A DNA stretch of 64,000 bases, taken from the NCBI RefSeq assembly GCF_964355755.1, contig NC_092670.1:28694388-28758387 (forward strand), read 5' to 3'. Positions 62,021 through 64,000 of this stretch are shown one piece after another. The position numbers and the translations under genes were made by a program. This DNA is from Antedon mediterranea. Lineage: Eukaryota > Animalia > Echinodermata. Under the pieces are notes generated by a model. That model worked only from the letters and a program-made list of their open reading frames with translations, had not been told where the DNA came from and ran no database searches. The first letter of the stretch is position 1, and every line of letters begins with the position of its first letter.

Positions 62021-64000
62021 TGAATTTATTCATGCACAATTTTTACCTCTCGGATGTTATGACGTCATCGTATGGCCACACGAATATAAAATAGAGGATT
62101 TTTGTCTCTTTCGTTATTGCTCATCACAATCAACAGAGCGCATCTCGCTTATACGTATTCCATTTCCCCCGATATTTAGGTTATATGCATTATCATGCAT
62201 ATAACCTCTTGATTCTGTCAAAATCTTTATTTATTTATTTATTTTATTTATTCTTTCCTTAGCACTATTTTGTCCGTGAATTATCTTGATATCAGTTTCA
62301 TCTATTTAAGTCAATTTTTCAGAGTATATTCCTTATGGCCAGGAATCGATGTGGTTATATTTTCACGATGCGTAATCAAAAATTACGCGGTCTACGCGCG
62401 ATTTTACGAAATCACGTTTGTAATCATATCTTCACAAGCATGAATCACAATTAAACAAAATTTGGTACTCATAAATTTCAGGTCATATTTCATCATATGG
62501 CAATACAATTACGTGCGTAGCGCATATAACGCTTGCGTACGCGCGCTTAAAATGTTCAAAATTGTCAAAATTTATTTTCGATGAAATTAGAGTACGTTTC
62601 AGGCAATTTTAAGCGTTTAAAAAATTGCCATGAGTGCGCAGATTTTTGCACGCGCACTGCGCGTTATACGTTAATGCGCACTCTTTTTGTCCGATTTCGG
62701 TTGTACAACCTTTCTTTAATAATATCATCATATTTTATTCACTTTTCAACGCGTAATTGCCTTATACGAGCACGTCAAAAGTGACAGGCTACGCACGTGT
62801 AAGTTAACAAAATGGTGAAAATATGCTAAATTTTAAAATTAATATAGATCGTCAGAATGCTCGGGAACACATATTTTTTATTTCATTTTCTTGAAGTGTA
62901 TGTATCTTATGTATGATTTATTATTAAACTAAGAGAACAAAAGTTGATTAAGCCATAATTAATTGCATATTAAATTAAAAAAAATTCATTTCGACAATCA
63001 AACAAATTATGACATTTTCTTAGGCCAAAATAACAAACTTAACATTAACTTTCTTCCTCCAAAAGTTCATATATTAAAGTTAAAAGTATATAGTTTGACA
63101 GTGCATCATTTTTGTACATTTTCAGAGATGTCATCATAGTAAAAAATTATAATTCATTGCGGTATGTAATAATCTATCTGCACCAAAGTGGTTACTGCAT
63201 AGTAAATACACGGAGGAATTTTTCTACAATTTTTAGACAGTTGTGTATGGCTCGGTGGTGTGTGCTCGTGTCTATGGCACTCAAGGTACCGAGATCGAGT
63301 CTCACCTTTGGAAACGAAATAAGATTTTTTTTTTATTATTCGTATTGTTTGTTCAAATTTATTTCTTAGTGTATATATTATACACATGATTTATAATGAA
63401 ATCTAGATAAAAAATAACTTATGTCTTTATTATTATGTAACAGCAAATGTGGTTTATGACATTATACGCAGAGGGATCTTTGATCGGATTGTGATACCGG
63501 CTATTGTATTCGCGTTAGCAAGGTCCTATCATATATTATAAATAATTAAAGAATCTGAGAAAATCAATGAATCAAAATATCTTTTAAAAATCAATTATCT
63601 TTATTAAAATCAATGCATATAACCTATAATTCGTCATAGTGACGAATTAAATCTAGTTTAATATTGTCTACGTCAATCAACTATCTTTCGCATGAGTTAA
63701 AAATATTTCGTCATCATGTCTAAAAATGTAAATAACGTGGGTCACTTATTTTCATCTTTACAGTAAATTTCAATCTGTTATAGCTCGTAAAAATAAAATG
63801 TGATAATCACGAAGCTATTGGATTGTAGATATGAAATCATGTGAGCATTTTTCCAATCAGATGTTGTGACGTCATCATATGGCCAGTTAAATAAAACATG
63901 TCGTATTTTCATCTTTTGCGTCATAGTTCATTACATTTAAACGAGCGTGCATCAATATTTCACGTATTCAAATTTCTTCTACACGTTAATATGTTGTTGC

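Overview
AT-rich animal genomic DNA, probably a marine invertebrate. Spliceosomal exons, a Deu-domain SINE and Tx1, CR1/L2, RTE-X, Ngaro and piggyBac elements fit this, so prokaryotic feature types do not apply. The window looks heterochromatic. An 88-bp satellite forms a ~21.6-kb array with higher-order repeats (34757-56350) and an older, inverted, fragmented array (5152-11478); both are interrupted by truncated transposons. The only recognisable host gene is three minus-strand EDEM1 (GH47) exons, and one carries an in-frame TGA. The most unusual items are: (i) a spliced HECT E3-ligase gene beside an IS3EU-like transposon terminus; (ii) an Ngaro/DIRS fragment with the SGNH hydrolase upstream of gag, flanked by an apparent 17-bp duplication of satellite sequence; (iii) a CR1-group LINE whose ORF2 starts with a hydrophobic leader and a 2A-like motif (GDVHPNPGP); (iv) a Penelope-like palindrome with a hammerhead-like core at the satellite edge; (v) a Helitron family showing both filled and empty LINE insertion sites. 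All family assignments come from reading motifs by eye; no database search was run.
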